A stretch of 64,000 nt of DNA from Candidatus Omnitrophota bacterium (GCA_041663425.1 JBAYMS010000004.1:2213-66212), one strand, 5' to 3'. Counted from the first letter of the stretch, positions 35,911 to 47,897 are shown. The notes: generated by a model from the sequence alone, not told the origin. Numbers and translations: made by a program.

Positions 35911-37497
35911 ATGTCATTCAAAGTACTTATAAGCGATTCGCTGTCGAAAGAGGCAGTCGAGATCCTGGAAAAAGAAAAAGAGTTTAAGGTAGAAGTCAAT
36001 ACAAAGCTGACGCCGGACGAGCTCAAGAAAGTTATAAAGGATTACGATGCTCTCCTTGTCCGCAGCGCAACTAAAGTTACAAAAGATGTCATAGCAGTGG
36101 CCGACAAGCTTAAAATAATAGGCAGGGCAGGTGTTGGTCTGGATAACGTTGATGTTGAGGCGGCCTCAAAGAAGGGCATTATAGTAGTAAACACGCCCGC
36201 CGGTAATACCATATCGACAGCGGAGCATACATTCTCAATGCTGCTTGCGCTTTCACGCAGCATTCCTCAGGCGGACTTTTCTGTGAAGAAAGGCGAGTGG
36301 GAGAGGAAGAAATTCATGGGTGTTGAGGTTTATGGAAAGACGCTCGGGATAGTGGGGCTTGGCAGGATAGGGACGGAAGTGGCCAAGAGGGCTTTAAGTT
36401 TTGGGATGAAGGTTCTGGCGTACGATCCTTTTCTGTCTGCAGATAGAGCCAAAGAGCTGGGTATCGAGCTCGTAGATCTGAAGACTATATATAAGAACGC
36501 CGACTATATTACGGTCCATACGCCCCTTACAGACGAAACCAGGCATATGATATCCGACAAAGAATTTGCCATCATGAAGAAGAATGTCAGGCTTGTCAAC
36601 TGCGCTAGGGGCGGCATTATAGACGAAGAGGCGCTTGTCAAAGCTATAGAAGCAGGTAAAGTTGCGGGCGCTGCTTTTGACGTCTTTGAACAGGAGCCGC
36701 CTAAAAGTTCCAAGCTTTGTAAGCTTGATAAGGTGGTCCTTACTCCGCATCTGGGTGCTTCTACAGAAGAAGCTCAGATGAATGTGGCCATAGATGTTGC
36801 GAATACTGTCCGCGATATGTTATTAGGCCGTGGTGTAAAGAATGCGGTTAACGTTCCTTGCGTGGATCCGGAAATGTATAAGGTTTTAGAGCCTTATCTT
36901 AAGCTTGCCGAGAATATCGGATCTATACAGGCGCAGCTCGTTGACGGACATATAAAAAAGGTTAAAATCAAATATGTAGGGGATCTTCTTAAGTATGACT
37001 TATCTCCGTTTACAGCTACAATAGTAAAAGGCATGCTGACGCCTATACTTCAGGATACTGTCAACTTTGTGAATGCGCTTGTTATAGCGAAAGAGCGCGG
37101 CATAACAGTTGTTGAGTCAAAAACGGCAGAGATACGTGATTTCGCCAGCCTCATTCTGGTCGAAGTCGAGACCGACAAGACCACGAGTTCAATACTGGGA
37201 ACTTTATTTACAAAAGTAGATCCCAGAATAGTTAAGATCAATGATTTCTACGTAGATGTTGTCCCTGAAGGCAACTTACTGATGGTGTTCAATAAAGACG
37301 TGCCCGGAATCATCGGGCACATAGGTACGATCTTAGGTAAAAATAAAATAAATATCGCAAGTGTGTCATTCGGAAGGGATGAAAAAGGCGGTAAAGCTGT
37401 CAGCGTATGGAATGTAGACAGCGATGTCCCGAAGAAGATCCTGGACGAGATAAAGAGCTCAAAGAACGTCTATGAGCTAAAATTAGTCAAACTATAA
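35911..37497 (+). CDS. serA: D-3-phosphoglycerate dehydrogenase (long form with ASB and ACT domains)
   Basis: 528 aa; NAD-binding GLGRIGTEVAKRA, catalytic His/Glu region, C-terminal ACT. Confidence 0.9.
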   Translation: MSFKVLISDSLSKEAVEILEKEKEFKVEVNTKLTPDELKKVIKDYDALLVRSATKVTKDVIAVADKLKIIGRAGVGLDNVDVEAASKKGIIVVNTPAGNTISTAEHTFSMLLALSRSIPQADFSVKKGEWERKKFMGVEVYGKTLGIVGLGRIGTEVAKRALSFGMKVLAYDPFLSADRAKELGIELVDLKTIYKNADYITVHTPLTDETRHMISDKEFAIMKKNVRLVNCARGGIIDEEALVKAIEAGKVAGAAFDVFEQEPPKSSKLCKLDKVVLTPHLGASTEEAQMNVAIDVANTVRDMLLGRGVKNAVNVPCVDPEMYKVLEPYLKLAENIGSIQAQLVDGHIKKVKIKYVGDLLKYDLSPFTATIVKGMLTPILQDTVNFVNALVIAKERGITVVESKTAEIRDFASLILVEVETDKTTSSILGTLFTKVDPRIVKINDFYVDVVPEGNLLMVFNKDVPGIIGHIGTILGKNKINIASVSFGRDEKGGKAVSVWNVDSDVPKKILDEIKSSKNVYELKLVKL

Positions 37498-37512
37498 ACC
37501 AAGGAAAACAGC

Positions 37513-38751
37513 ATGGCAAGACAAAACAAGATCTATATAGTTGATGTTACAAACCGGGATGGCGTCCAGACTTCAAGGCTCGGGCTTGCGAAGCTTCAGA
37601 AGACAATGATAAATATATATCTTAACGATATGGGTATTTCGCAATCAGAATTTGGTTTTCCCGTGACGCGGCATGAGACAAATTATCTGAATGCCAACCT
37701 TGAGCTTGTTAAGATGGGTGCTTTGAAGCCGATCATGCTTAGCGGATGGATCAGGGCTATTAAGGAAGATGTTGAAAAGGCCTGTAAGATGACGAAGGTC
37801 GAGAATCTTAATTTATCCATATCAACATCCGACCAGATGATACAGGGTAAATTTCAGGGTAAATACACAAAAGAAGATGTTATAAGAGAGATGGTTGAGG
37901 CTGTCCAGACCGCCCGCAAGCTGGGAGTTAAGTATGTGGGAGTTAACGCCGAGGATGCGTCAAGGACCCGCATAGATTATCTGATAAAATTTGCGCGGGC
38001 TGCCAAGAAGGCCGGAGCTGAACGCATAAGATACTGCGATACTCTCGGTTACGACGACCCATTCACTATTTACGATCGGGTGAAGATGCTCGCCGAAGAG
38101 GTTAAGCTGCCGGTAGAATTACACTGCCATAACGATCTCGGTATGGTGGTGGCGTGTTCCGTGGCAGGCGCTAAGGCTGCTATTGACGCCGGCGTAGACG
38201 CTTATATCAATACTACGGTAAATGGGATGGGCGAGAGAGCTGGAAACGCGGATCTCGTCAGCGTAATTTTAGCGATTAAATACTCGAGCGGGTTTAGCGG
38301 TAAATATATTCTTGATGAGCGGGTTAAGCTTTCGCACGCATGGAAGATAGCGAAATATGGTTCATACGCTTTCGGGGTGCCCATACCGATCAATCAACCT
38401 GCCGTGGGAGCCAATGCTTTTGCGCATGAATCCGGTATACATGCTGATGGTGCGTTAAAAGCCAGGCGCAATTATGAGTTGTATGATTTTGAGGAATTAG
38501 GCCGCGGAGAGCCGGAGATAATAGATACCGGCAGGCAGATCACCGCAGGTGAGTATAGCGGCATAAAGGGCTTCAGGAATGTTTACGATAAGCTTGAAGT
38601 GAAATTTAAGGATGAGAAGGAAGCGACTAAGATATTAGAGCTTGTCAGGTATGCCAACGTTCACACACAGCAGCCGCTTACCGAAGACGAACTGCTTTTT
38701 ATCGCGAAATACCCAGAACAGGCGCGTAAAATATTTACGATGACGCCGTAG
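37513..38751 (+). CDS. HMGL-like alpha-keto acid:acetyl-CoA condensing enzyme (short LeuA/NifV/CimA family; homocitrate- or citramalate-synthase-like)
   Basis: 412 aa; VDVTNRDGVQ and HCHNDLGMVVA metal-binding motifs; lacks the C-terminal LeuA-dimer domain present in 1640-3160. Confidence 0.7.
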   Translation: MARQNKIYIVDVTNRDGVQTSRLGLAKLQKTMINIYLNDMGISQSEFGFPVTRHETNYLNANLELVKMGALKPIMLSGWIRAIKEDVEKACKMTKVENLNLSISTSDQMIQGKFQGKYTKEDVIREMVEAVQTARKLGVKYVGVNAEDASRTRIDYLIKFARAAKKAGAERIRYCDTLGYDDPFTIYDRVKMLAEEVKLPVELHCHNDLGMVVACSVAGAKAAIDAGVDAYINTTVNGMGERAGNADLVSVILAIKYSSGFSGKYILDERVKLSHAWKIAKYGSYAFGVPIPINQPAVGANAFAHESGIHADGALKARRNYELYDFEELGRGEPEIIDTGRQITAGEYSGIKGFRNVYDKLEVKFKDEKEATKILELVRYANVHTQQPLTEDELLFIAKYPEQARKIFTMTP

Positions 38752-38759
38752 GAAATTTA

Positions 38760-39257
38760 ATGCCGAATATTAGAGTGGTAGTGATTGCGCTGCTTTTGGC
38801 TGTAAGTTTTGCGTCGATGGCGGTTTGCGCCGAAAAGGTTCCTTCTAAGGAGGGGGCTGTCAAAGTAAAAAAAACCAGAAAAGACTTTACCAAGGAAGAT
38901 TTTATTTCACGCATAAAAAATAACCTGGACCGCTTTCCGGAAATAGTAGATCTAGTCCAGGGTCTGAGCAGAAGTAAGGATGCGGCCGGAAATATTTTTT
39001 ATGTATATCAGGGTAAGAAAATAGAAGACCTTGACAAAGAGTTATTGTCCAAACTTTATGCGAGGGTCAGCAATGACGCAGTCCGCCTAAGAACCGAAAG
39101 AATCAATAAACAACTTGAAGCGATGAGCCGTGCTGAACGGCTTTCCCGTCAGACAAGCCAAGTTTCTCCGGTACCGAAGATTCCGAAAGCACCTGCTACT
39201 CCGCCTACAGTAACTCAGCTGCCAAAGACGCCGCCTTCAACGACTACGAGGAGATAG
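38760..39257 (+). CDS. Hypothetical secreted protein with Pro/Thr-rich C-terminus
   Basis: 165 aa; N-terminal signal peptide (VVIALLLAVSFASMAVCA); no recognisable domain. Confidence 0.5.
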   Translation: MPNIRVVVIALLLAVSFASMAVCAEKVPSKEGAVKVKKTRKDFTKEDFISRIKNNLDRFPEIVDLVQGLSRSKDAAGNIFYVYQGKKIEDLDKELLSKLYARVSNDAVRLRTERINKQLEAMSRAERLSRQTSQVSPVPKIPKAPATPPTVTQLPKTPPSTTTRR

Positions 39258-40538
<1,281 letters not shown>

Positions 40539-40602
40539 CAGTTTCGCTTGACTTTAAATGGGTCGGGTGATAGGATTAAAAAACAAACAGGAGGGGCTTC
40601 AA

Positions 40603-41283
40603 ATGAAAAGGGTATTGGCATTAGTTTTGGCTGTGATTTTTACAACGTCTATGACTGGCTGTGCGTTAAATTTCTACAAAGGAAAACCCGAACAGGAACG
40701 TAAAATAAAACAGCTGACGAGCCAGCTTGAAGAGCTTGAAATGGCTAAAAAGACTCTCGAGGACAGGCTTGCAAAAGAGATAGCCGACAAACAGATCCTT
40801 CTCGAGCAGACCAGCCGAGGCCTTGTCATAACAATGGCAAACGACATACTTTTCGATTCCGGCAAAGCTAAGCTGAAGAAGAATGCCTACCCTGTCCTGG
40901 ATAAGATAGCGAGCGTTTTGAATGAAGAGGCGTCCGGTAGAGATGTAGGAGTGGAAGGGCATACCGATACAGTGCCTATAAAGCATTCGGGCTGGAAGTC
41001 TAACTGGGAACTTTCTTCAGCGCGCGCAACCAATGTTCTCCATTACCTCATAGGAAAAGGCATTACTCCGCAGAGGCTTTCTGCTATAGGATACGGCGAG
41101 TATAAGCCGATCGATACCAACGATACTAAGGCAGGCAGATCGAGAAACCGCCGTGTTGAGATCATTATTCTCCCCAAAGAGATAACGAAAAAATCTTACG
41201 AAGAAGCACAGACAAAAGTATCTGAAGAAGCTAAGGCCGCGGAAGAGTCAAAAGCTCCGCAGGGCGAGGAGTCGGTCAAATAA
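40603..41283 (+). CDS. OmpA-family peptidoglycan-associated lipoprotein (Pal-like) with coiled-coil linker
   Basis: ~226 aa from ATG 40603 (RBS aggagg); lipobox MTGC; C-terminal OmpA_C motifs (GHTD..., NRRVEI). Confidence 0.8.
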   Translation: MKRVLALVLAVIFTTSMTGCALNFYKGKPEQERKIKQLTSQLEELEMAKKTLEDRLAKEIADKQILLEQTSRGLVITMANDILFDSGKAKLKKNAYPVLDKIASVLNEEASGRDVGVEGHTDTVPIKHSGWKSNWELSSARATNVLHYLIGKGITPQRLSAIGYGEYKPIDTNDTKAGRSRNRRVEIIILPKEITKKSYEEAQTKVSEEAKAAEESKAPQGEESVK

Positions 41284-41320
41284 GGCTGCTTCTCTAGTGC
41301 TGGTAAATATGTGATTTCAG

Positions 41321-41356
41321 ACGATGGGGGATATAATAAATCCCCCATCGTTATTT
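41321..41356 (+). terminator. Rho-independent terminator
   Basis: 11-bp stem ACGATGGGGGA / TCCCCCATCGT with 9-nt loop followed by TATTT. Confidence 0.6.
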
Positions 41357-41383
41357 AGCAATGGTGGCGGATAGAAAATCAAA

Positions 41384-42091
41384 ATGACAAAAGAACAAAA
41401 CATTCCTCAGCACATTGCGATAATAATGGATGGCAATGGCCGGTGGGCAAAAGCGCGTCATCTGCCGAAGATAGCAGGCCATAAAGCCGGAGCGACCAGT
41501 GTCCAGCATGCGATAGAGGCTGCCAGGGAATTTGGTGTCCGGGTGCTTACTTTGTATACCTTCTCCACGGAGAATTGGAAAAGGCCGAAAGACGAGGTGC
41601 ATGCTCTCTTTGCTCTGCTCGAGGATTATCTGGATAGGGAAGAAGAAAAGCTTAATAAGAATAATATAAAATTTTTTGTGACAGGCGATATTGAAGGACT
41701 CCCCGAGACTACGCGCAACATGATAGAAAAGGTCATGGCATCTACTGCGGCCAATTCCGGGCTGATATTGAATCTTGCACTTAATTACGGAAGCAGGCCT
41801 GAGATAGTGCGTGCAGTAAAAAGAATTGCTGAGGATGTCGTAGCTGGGAAAATTGATCCGCAAAAGATCGATGAGAAATTATTCTCGGGATATCTTTATA
41901 CGAAAGACCTACCGGATCCCGATATGGTTATACGTACTTCCGGTGAATGCCGGGTTTCGAATTTTCTGCTCTGGCAGATAGCTTACTCCGAACTTTATAT
42001 AGTGAAAAAGATGTGGCCCGACTTCAGAAAGGGAGATTTCAAAAAAGCTGTTCTGGAATATCAAAGAAGGGAGAGGCGGTTTGGCGGATAA
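41384..42091 (+). CDS. uppS: Undecaprenyl pyrophosphate synthase
   Basis: 235 aa; HIAIIMDGNGRWA and cis-prenyltransferase core. Confidence 0.95.
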   Translation: MTKEQNIPQHIAIIMDGNGRWAKARHLPKIAGHKAGATSVQHAIEAAREFGVRVLTLYTFSTENWKRPKDEVHALFALLEDYLDREEEKLNKNNIKFFVTGDIEGLPETTRNMIEKVMASTAANSGLILNLALNYGSRPEIVRAVKRIAEDVVAGKIDPQKIDEKLFSGYLYTKDLPDPDMVIRTSGECRVSNFLLWQIAYSELYIVKKMWPDFRKGDFKKAVLEYQRRERRFGG

Positions 42092-42908
42092 TATGAGCCT
42101 TGCAAAAAGAATATCGACCAGCGGTCTTGTCCTGGCGCTGGTGGGAACTGTTGTATTCCTGTCCCCTAACTGGGTTTTTTCGCTCCTGGCTTCTGTGATG
42201 ATAGGCATAGCGCTTGTTGAGTTTTTCAGCCTAGTGGAAAAGAAGGGCATATTTGTTTACAAGTATATCGGAGTCGCCATTGGGATGTGCGTTCCTCTTA
42301 TAATAAATTTTCAGATGGGCGGAGAAGGATATTTTACTCTCGAACCTTTCTTTATAGTCATAGCATGTATGTTCATTTTTGTCCTTCAATTCACACGACG
42401 TGACAGCTCTCAGGCCTTGGCGAGTATTGCCATAACGCTCTTCGGACTTCTTTACATCGGATGGTTTTTCTCGTTTTTTATAAAACTTAAATTTTTACCC
42501 AACGGTGCATTGCTGGTGGCCTTCCTGGTCCTTGTGACCAAAATGGGCGATGTGGGCGCCTATCTTGTAGGGAATGCGCTAGGCAAACATAGCCTTATCC
42601 CCAGGATAAGTCCGCACAAGACAATAGAGGGCACCGTAGGCGGGCTGGCATTCAGCATAATGAGCGCGGTAGCTTCTAAGAGTTTTCTTCCGCATTTTCC
42701 ATATGGACATCTGGTAGTGTTGGGTGCTCTTCTGGGGATACTTGCTCAGGTCGGCGATCTGGCGGAGTCGCTTCTGAAAAGGGATTGCGGAGTAAAAGAC
42801 TCGGGCGGTATATTACCGGGTTTCGGCGGCATGCTGGATCTTATCGATAGCCTGCTCTTCACAACCCCTATTTTCTATTTTTATATTGTGGTGCTGATAA
42901 AACAATGA
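42081..42908 (+). CDS. cdsA: Phosphatidate cytidylyltransferase
   Basis: 275 aa polytopic; C-terminal CTP-transferase signature (SLLKRDCGVKDSG..LPGFGGMLD). Confidence 0.9.
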   Translation: MADNMSLAKRISTSGLVLALVGTVVFLSPNWVFSLLASVMIGIALVEFFSLVEKKGIFVYKYIGVAIGMCVPLIINFQMGGEGYFTLEPFFIVIACMFIFVLQFTRRDSSQALASIAITLFGLLYIGWFFSFFIKLKFLPNGALLVAFLVLVTKMGDVGAYLVGNALGKHSLIPRISPHKTIEGTVGGLAFSIMSAVASKSFLPHFPYGHLVVLGALLGILAQVGDLAESLLKRDCGVKDSGGILPGFGGMLDLIDSLLFTTPIFYFYIVVLIKQ

Positions 42909-44059
42909 AAAAGAGAGTCGTTATACTTGGGTCGACCGGATCGATAGGGACAAACGCGCTTAAAGTTATATCCGCTCTTAAAGGTGAATTTGAAGTGGCG
43001 GGACTCTCGGCGGACTCTAATGCTGAGCTTCTTGCGGCGCAGGCGCGATGTTTCAAACCCAGGATGGTCTGTATAGGCAGGGAAGGTCTCTCAAGTAAAG
43101 TTAAGGCCCTGCTGCCGCGCAATGTAAAATTGGTTTCAGGGACGGGTGGTTTAAAAATAATAGCTTCCGAGCTTGAAGCAGATATTGTTGTAATGGCGAT
43201 AGCAGGCACTGCAGCTATCATCCCTCTGATTGAGGCTGTAAAGAATAAAGTGCGCATTGCCCTGGCAAATAAAGAAGCCATCATAAGTGCCGGACCTATC
43301 GTGACCGCGGTGGCAAAAAAGAGCGGGGCCGAGATAGTACCTGTTGATAGTGAACACAGTGCAATATTCCAATGTCTCGAAGGCAGGCATAAGGACTTGT
43401 CTAAAATATATCTGACTGGAAGCGGCGGGCCGCTTTTGGATGTTAAGGCTGAGAAATTCGACTCCATTGCTAAAAAAGATATGCTGAAGCATCCGAAGTG
43501 GAGCATGGGTGCGAAGATAACAATAGATTCTGCTACTATGATGAATAAGGGTCTGGAGATAATAGAAGCTCATCATCTGTTTGATGTGGGCGAAGATAAG
43601 ATAGAGGTTCTGATACATCCCGAAGCTATAATTCACTCTATGGTGGAATTTGCCGACGGTGCTGTTCTGGCGCAGCTTGCGGTTCCGGATATGCGTATCC
43701 CGATCCAGTATGCGCTTACATATCCGGCCAGACGCAAAAATTGCTCAGGGAACGTTAAATTCACCGATATAAAATCTCTCTCGTTTCGTTCGCCGGACAC
43801 TAAAAAATTTCCATGTCTTGAGCTGGCGCGCGAGGCGGTGCGTTGCGGTGGAGCTCATCCCGCTGTTTTGTGTGCGGCCGACGAGGAAGTGGTGCAGGGG
43901 TATCTTGCCGGTAAAATAAAGTTTTCAGATATACCCAAAGTTATTGAAAAGGTTGTTTCGGGATATAAAAATACAAAAAAAACAGGTCTTTCTCTGGATG
44001 AAATATTGAATGCTGGAGAATGGGCTAAAGAGGAAGTGAGGAAAATTTGTTATCATTAG
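42905..44059 (+). CDS. dxr: 1-deoxy-D-xylulose 5-phosphate reductoisomerase
   Basis: 384 aa; N-terminal VVILGSTGSIGTNAL and conserved DXR core. Confidence 0.95.
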   Translation: MKKRVVILGSTGSIGTNALKVISALKGEFEVAGLSADSNAELLAAQARCFKPRMVCIGREGLSSKVKALLPRNVKLVSGTGGLKIIASELEADIVVMAIAGTAAIIPLIEAVKNKVRIALANKEAIISAGPIVTAVAKKSGAEIVPVDSEHSAIFQCLEGRHKDLSKIYLTGSGGPLLDVKAEKFDSIAKKDMLKHPKWSMGAKITIDSATMMNKGLEIIEAHHLFDVGEDKIEVLIHPEAIIHSMVEFADGAVLAQLAVPDMRIPIQYALTYPARRKNCSGNVKFTDIKSLSFRSPDTKKFPCLELAREAVRCGGAHPAVLCAADEEVVQGYLAGKIKFSDIPKVIEKVVSGYKNTKKTGLSLDEILNAGEWAKEEVRKICYH

Positions 44060-45132
44060 CATGTTTTGTGATAGTCCTGGGTGTTCTTGTTCTGGTTCAT
44101 GAATTCGGGCATTTCATCGTAGCGAAAAAGCTCGGCGTCCGTGTTGAAAAGTTTTCTATAGGATTCGGACCTAAGCTCTGTTCGGTAAAAAAAGGGGACA
44201 CAGAATATCTTCTATCCGCGATACCGCTCGGCGGATATATTAAAATGGCGGGTGAAGATCCCACAGAGGTCAGAGTGGGCGACAAAAGCGAGTTCCTTTC
44301 CAGGAGCGTATACGATCGTTTCAAAATAATATTTGCCGGGCCGCTCCTTAATTATCTTCTGGCCTTTCTTATATTTTCTGTCATATTCATGTTCGGTTCT
44401 CCTACTATGACTACGGAAGTCGGCAGCCTTCTTAAGGATTATCCTGCCCAGGCGCAAGGCATTATGGTGGGCGACAAAATACTGACAGTCGACGGTAAAA
44501 ATGTTAAATACTGGGAGGATATGACGGAGATAATCCATAAGCATATCGAAGGCCCGATGGACATTTCTATCAAAAGAGGCAGTGCTGTTATAGATATGAA
44601 AATAGCGCCGATTATACGTAAGACGAAAGATATATTTGGGAAAGAGACTACGATCGCGTTAATAGGCGTGGGGCCTTCCCAGAACATTGAAAAGGTGCGC
44701 TATGGCTTTTTTGCTTCCGTGAAAATGGGATTTAATAAATTGATCCAGCTGACAGCGGTTACTTACAAGGCTCTCTGGTCGATCATTACCGGCAAGCTTT
44801 CGTTTAAAGAATCCATGACAGGTCCTATAGGGATTTTTGTTGTGACGGGTCAGGCGGCGAAATTGGGCTTTATATATATTCTGCACCTTATGGGAATACT
44901 GAGCGCGTCTTTGGCTATATTTAATGTCCTGCCTTTCCCGGTCCTTGATGGAGGGCATATACTGTTCTTGGCTATCGAGAAACTGCGCGGAAAACCTCTT
45001 TCCCTGAAGACTCAGGAAGCTATAATGAATGTAGGTGTAAGCCTGCTGATACTTTTTACGGTTTTTGTTTTCTATAATGACATTGTAAAATTTGGCATTG
45101 CCGACAAAACTATGAAATTGTTTAAACACTAA
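44047..45132 (+). CDS. rseP: Regulator of sigma-E protease RseP (site-2 zinc metalloprotease) with PDZ domain
   Basis: 361 aa; HEFGHF zinc motif in first TM, PDZ, C-terminal LDGG motif; TTG start. Confidence 0.9.
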   Translation: MLSLACFVIVLGVLVLVHEFGHFIVAKKLGVRVEKFSIGFGPKLCSVKKGDTEYLLSAIPLGGYIKMAGEDPTEVRVGDKSEFLSRSVYDRFKIIFAGPLLNYLLAFLIFSVIFMFGSPTMTTEVGSLLKDYPAQAQGIMVGDKILTVDGKNVKYWEDMTEIIHKHIEGPMDISIKRGSAVIDMKIAPIIRKTKDIFGKETTIALIGVGPSQNIEKVRYGFFASVKMGFNKLIQLTAVTYKALWSIITGKLSFKESMTGPIGIFVVTGQAAKLGFIYILHLMGILSASLAIFNVLPFPVLDGGHILFLAIEKLRGKPLSLKTQEAIMNVGVSLLILFTVFVFYNDIVKFGIADKTMKLFKH

Positions 45133-45133
45133 T

Positions 45134-46195
45134 ATGGTAGAGCGCAGAAGGACCAGACAGGTAAAGGTGGGCGGTGTAAGGGTCGGCGGCGATGCGCCGA
45201 TTTCGATCCAGTCGATGACGAAGGTCGACACGTCCGACGTAAAAGCCGTCGTTGCTCAGGTTAAGCGGCTTGAAGCGGCAGGGTGTGAGATAATCCGCGT
45301 CGCAATAAAAGATCTCGATGATGCCGCAGCCGTTAAAGATATAAAAAAGAATATACATATTCCGATAGTCTGCGATATTCATTTTAATTACAAGCTTGCG
45401 CTTAAATGTATAAAGAGCGGTGCTGATAAAATCCGTCTTAATCCCGGCAATATGAGGAATAAGGATGAGATAACGCAGGTCGTGAAAGCCGCTAAAAAAG
45501 CGGGCATACCAATACGGATAGGGCTCAATTCCGGGTCTGTATTTGCCAGGCTGCAGCCCGCTGCGATTAATCAGAAGGTAAGTTTGCCCTCCGCTCTTAT
45601 AGGATCTGCACTTGCCTACATCAAAATATTTGAGGATTTAGACTTTCGTGATATAATCGTATCTCTTAAAGCTTCCGACGTCGATACTACTGTTGAGGCT
45701 TACAGGAAGATGGCCAGGCTCTGCGACTATCCGATGCATCTCGGCGTTACGGCATCCGGTTCCTATGATCAGGGAGTGATAAAGTCTTCCATAGGCCTGG
45801 GAGCGCTTCTTCTCGACGGTATAGGTGATACTGTAAGGGTTTCGCTTACTGCTGATCCGGCGGAAGAAGTGATAGCCGCTAAGCGCATACTAAGTTCGGT
45901 GGGATTGCGCAGTTTCGGTCCGGATGTGATATCGTGTCCTACCTGCGGCCGCTGTCAGGTGGACCTGAGTTCTATAGTGAAACAAGTTGAAGACGGAGTT
46001 AAAGACCTGGGGCAGAAGTTTAAAGGGATCAGGATCGCGGTTATGGGCTGCGAGGTTAACGGTCCCGGCGAAGCGAAAGATGCCGATATCGGGATAGCCT
46101 TCGGCAGGGCAAGCGGAGTGATATTTAAAAAAGGTAAGATAGTTAAAAAAGTGGATGTAAATAACGCTGTAAAGGAGTTGTTGAAACTATTATGA
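45134..46195 (+). CDS. ispG: 4-hydroxy-3-methylbut-2-en-1-yl diphosphate synthase
   Basis: 353 aa; GcpE family with C-terminal Cys triad (CPTCGRC ... MGCEVNGPGE). Confidence 0.95.
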   Translation: MVERRRTRQVKVGGVRVGGDAPISIQSMTKVDTSDVKAVVAQVKRLEAAGCEIIRVAIKDLDDAAAVKDIKKNIHIPIVCDIHFNYKLALKCIKSGADKIRLNPGNMRNKDEITQVVKAAKKAGIPIRIGLNSGSVFARLQPAAINQKVSLPSALIGSALAYIKIFEDLDFRDIIVSLKASDVDTTVEAYRKMARLCDYPMHLGVTASGSYDQGVIKSSIGLGALLLDGIGDTVRVSLTADPAEEVIAAKRILSSVGLRSFGPDVISCPTCGRCQVDLSSIVKQVEDGVKDLGQKFKGIRIAVMGCEVNGPGEAKDADIGIAFGRASGVIFKKGKIVKKVDVNNAVKELLKLL

Positions 46196-47889
46196 AATGG
46201 ACAGAAGCGCTGATACCTACATTAAAAGAAGACCCGCAGGACGCAGAGGTTATAAGTCATAAACTTATGGTGCGCGGCGGTTTTGTAAGGAAACTTGTCT
46301 CAGGGGCATATTCGTATCTTCCCCTCGGTGTCCGAGTTCTGCATAAAGTCGAAAATATTATCAGGGAGGAATTGGATTCTGTAGGAGCCCAGGAAGTGCT
46401 TTTACCGGCTATCCATCCGCCGGAAATATGGAAGAAGACGGGCCGCTACGATGTCCTTGGGCCGGTTTTGATAAAATTTAAGGACCGGCATGGCAAAGAA
46501 TGCGTTCTCGGTCCGACACATGAAGAAATAATAACTGATCTCGTTGCAAATAATGTTAAATCCTACAAAGAGCTGCCGGCGATATTATACCAGATACAGA
46601 CTAAATTCCGCGATGAGCCGAGGCCGCGATTCGGCATTATGAGGACGAGTGAATTCATAATGAAGGATGCTTATAGTTTCGATTGCGATGTCGAGGGGCT
46701 GGAAAAGAGCTATAAGAAGATGTTCGATGCTTATTGCAGGATATTTGAACGATGCGGCCTGCCATACGTCGCGGTAGAGGCGGATCCCGGCATGATGGGC
46801 GGTAATATGTCTCACGAGTTCATGGTTCCCACACCTGCCGGTGAAGACAGGATAGTTATCTGCGATAAATGTAAATACTCTGCGAGCACGGAAGTGGCAA
46901 AATGCAAAGAGCCAGGTGCACCGTCGAAAGAGAAGAGGATGCCGATAGCGGAAGTCGAAACACCCGGCATAACGACTATAGAAAAAGTCTCCGAGCTTTT
47001 GCAGGTAGGAGCGGAAAAGCTTGTCAAGACGTTGATATATAAATACGACGGCAAGCCCGTAGCTATACTTTTGCGCGGTGATCATGAGGCCAACGAGGCC
47101 AAGATAAAAAACTACCTGAAATGCGTATCTCTGGAACTGGCAGACGCAAAGACCGTGGAAGAAGCTACCGGAGCCAGCGTTGGATTCGCGGGGCCGGTAA
47201 AATTAAGAAATACACGCATAATCGCGGACAACAGCGTAAAGGGCATGGTGAATTTTATAACAGGAGCCAATAAGAACGACGCTCATCTTATAAATGTAAA
47301 TATCGATAGAGATTTTGAGACGAAGGAATTCGGCGACCTCAGGATGATCACGGAAGCCGATGGCTGTCCGGCGTGCGGAAAAACTATACAGATAAAACAG
47401 GCTATAGAGATCGGGCATACTTTTAAGCTTGGCACAAAATATTCTGAAGTGCTCTCGGCCAAGTTTCTGGACAAGGACGGCACTGAGAAGCCGGCTATCA
47501 TGGGTTGCTATGGCATAGGCGTCAACAGAATCATGGCCAGCCTTATAGAAACATCCAATGACAAAGACGGCATTATATGGCCGTCGTCAATTGCGCCGTA
47601 TCGTATAATAATTCTGGCGTTAAACATGGAAGATAAGAAGGTTAAGTCGCTTTCCGAAGAAATTTACAATATGCTTACTAAGGCAGGCTGCGATGTCCTT
47701 TTCGATGACCGTAATGAGTCTGCAGGTGTTAAATTTAAAGACGCCGACCTTATAGGCATCCCTACCAAGATAATTGTAGGGTCAAAGAACGCCAAAAAGG
47801 GAATAGCTGAAGTTAAGGACCGAAAAACCGGCAAGGTGGAGGAAATGAAGCCGGAAGACGAAGTTTTCTGCGTTCGCGCCATGCAATGA
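46192..47889 (+). CDS. proS: Proline--tRNA ligase (bacterial type with editing insertion)
   Basis: 565 aa; class II motifs and anticodon-binding domain. Confidence 0.95.
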   Translation: MKWTEALIPTLKEDPQDAEVISHKLMVRGGFVRKLVSGAYSYLPLGVRVLHKVENIIREELDSVGAQEVLLPAIHPPEIWKKTGRYDVLGPVLIKFKDRHGKECVLGPTHEEIITDLVANNVKSYKELPAILYQIQTKFRDEPRPRFGIMRTSEFIMKDAYSFDCDVEGLEKSYKKMFDAYCRIFERCGLPYVAVEADPGMMGGNMSHEFMVPTPAGEDRIVICDKCKYSASTEVAKCKEPGAPSKEKRMPIAEVETPGITTIEKVSELLQVGAEKLVKTLIYKYDGKPVAILLRGDHEANEAKIKNYLKCVSLELADAKTVEEATGASVGFAGPVKLRNTRIIADNSVKGMVNFITGANKNDAHLINVNIDRDFETKEFGDLRMITEADGCPACGKTIQIKQAIEIGHTFKLGTKYSEVLSAKFLDKDGTEKPAIMGCYGIGVNRIMASLIETSNDKDGIIWPSSIAPYRIIILALNMEDKKVKSLSEEIYNMLTKAGCDVLFDDRNESAGVKFKDADLIGIPTKIIVGSKNAKKGIAEVKDRKTGKVEEMKPEDEVFCVRAMQ

Positions 47890-47897
47890 GATTTCCC

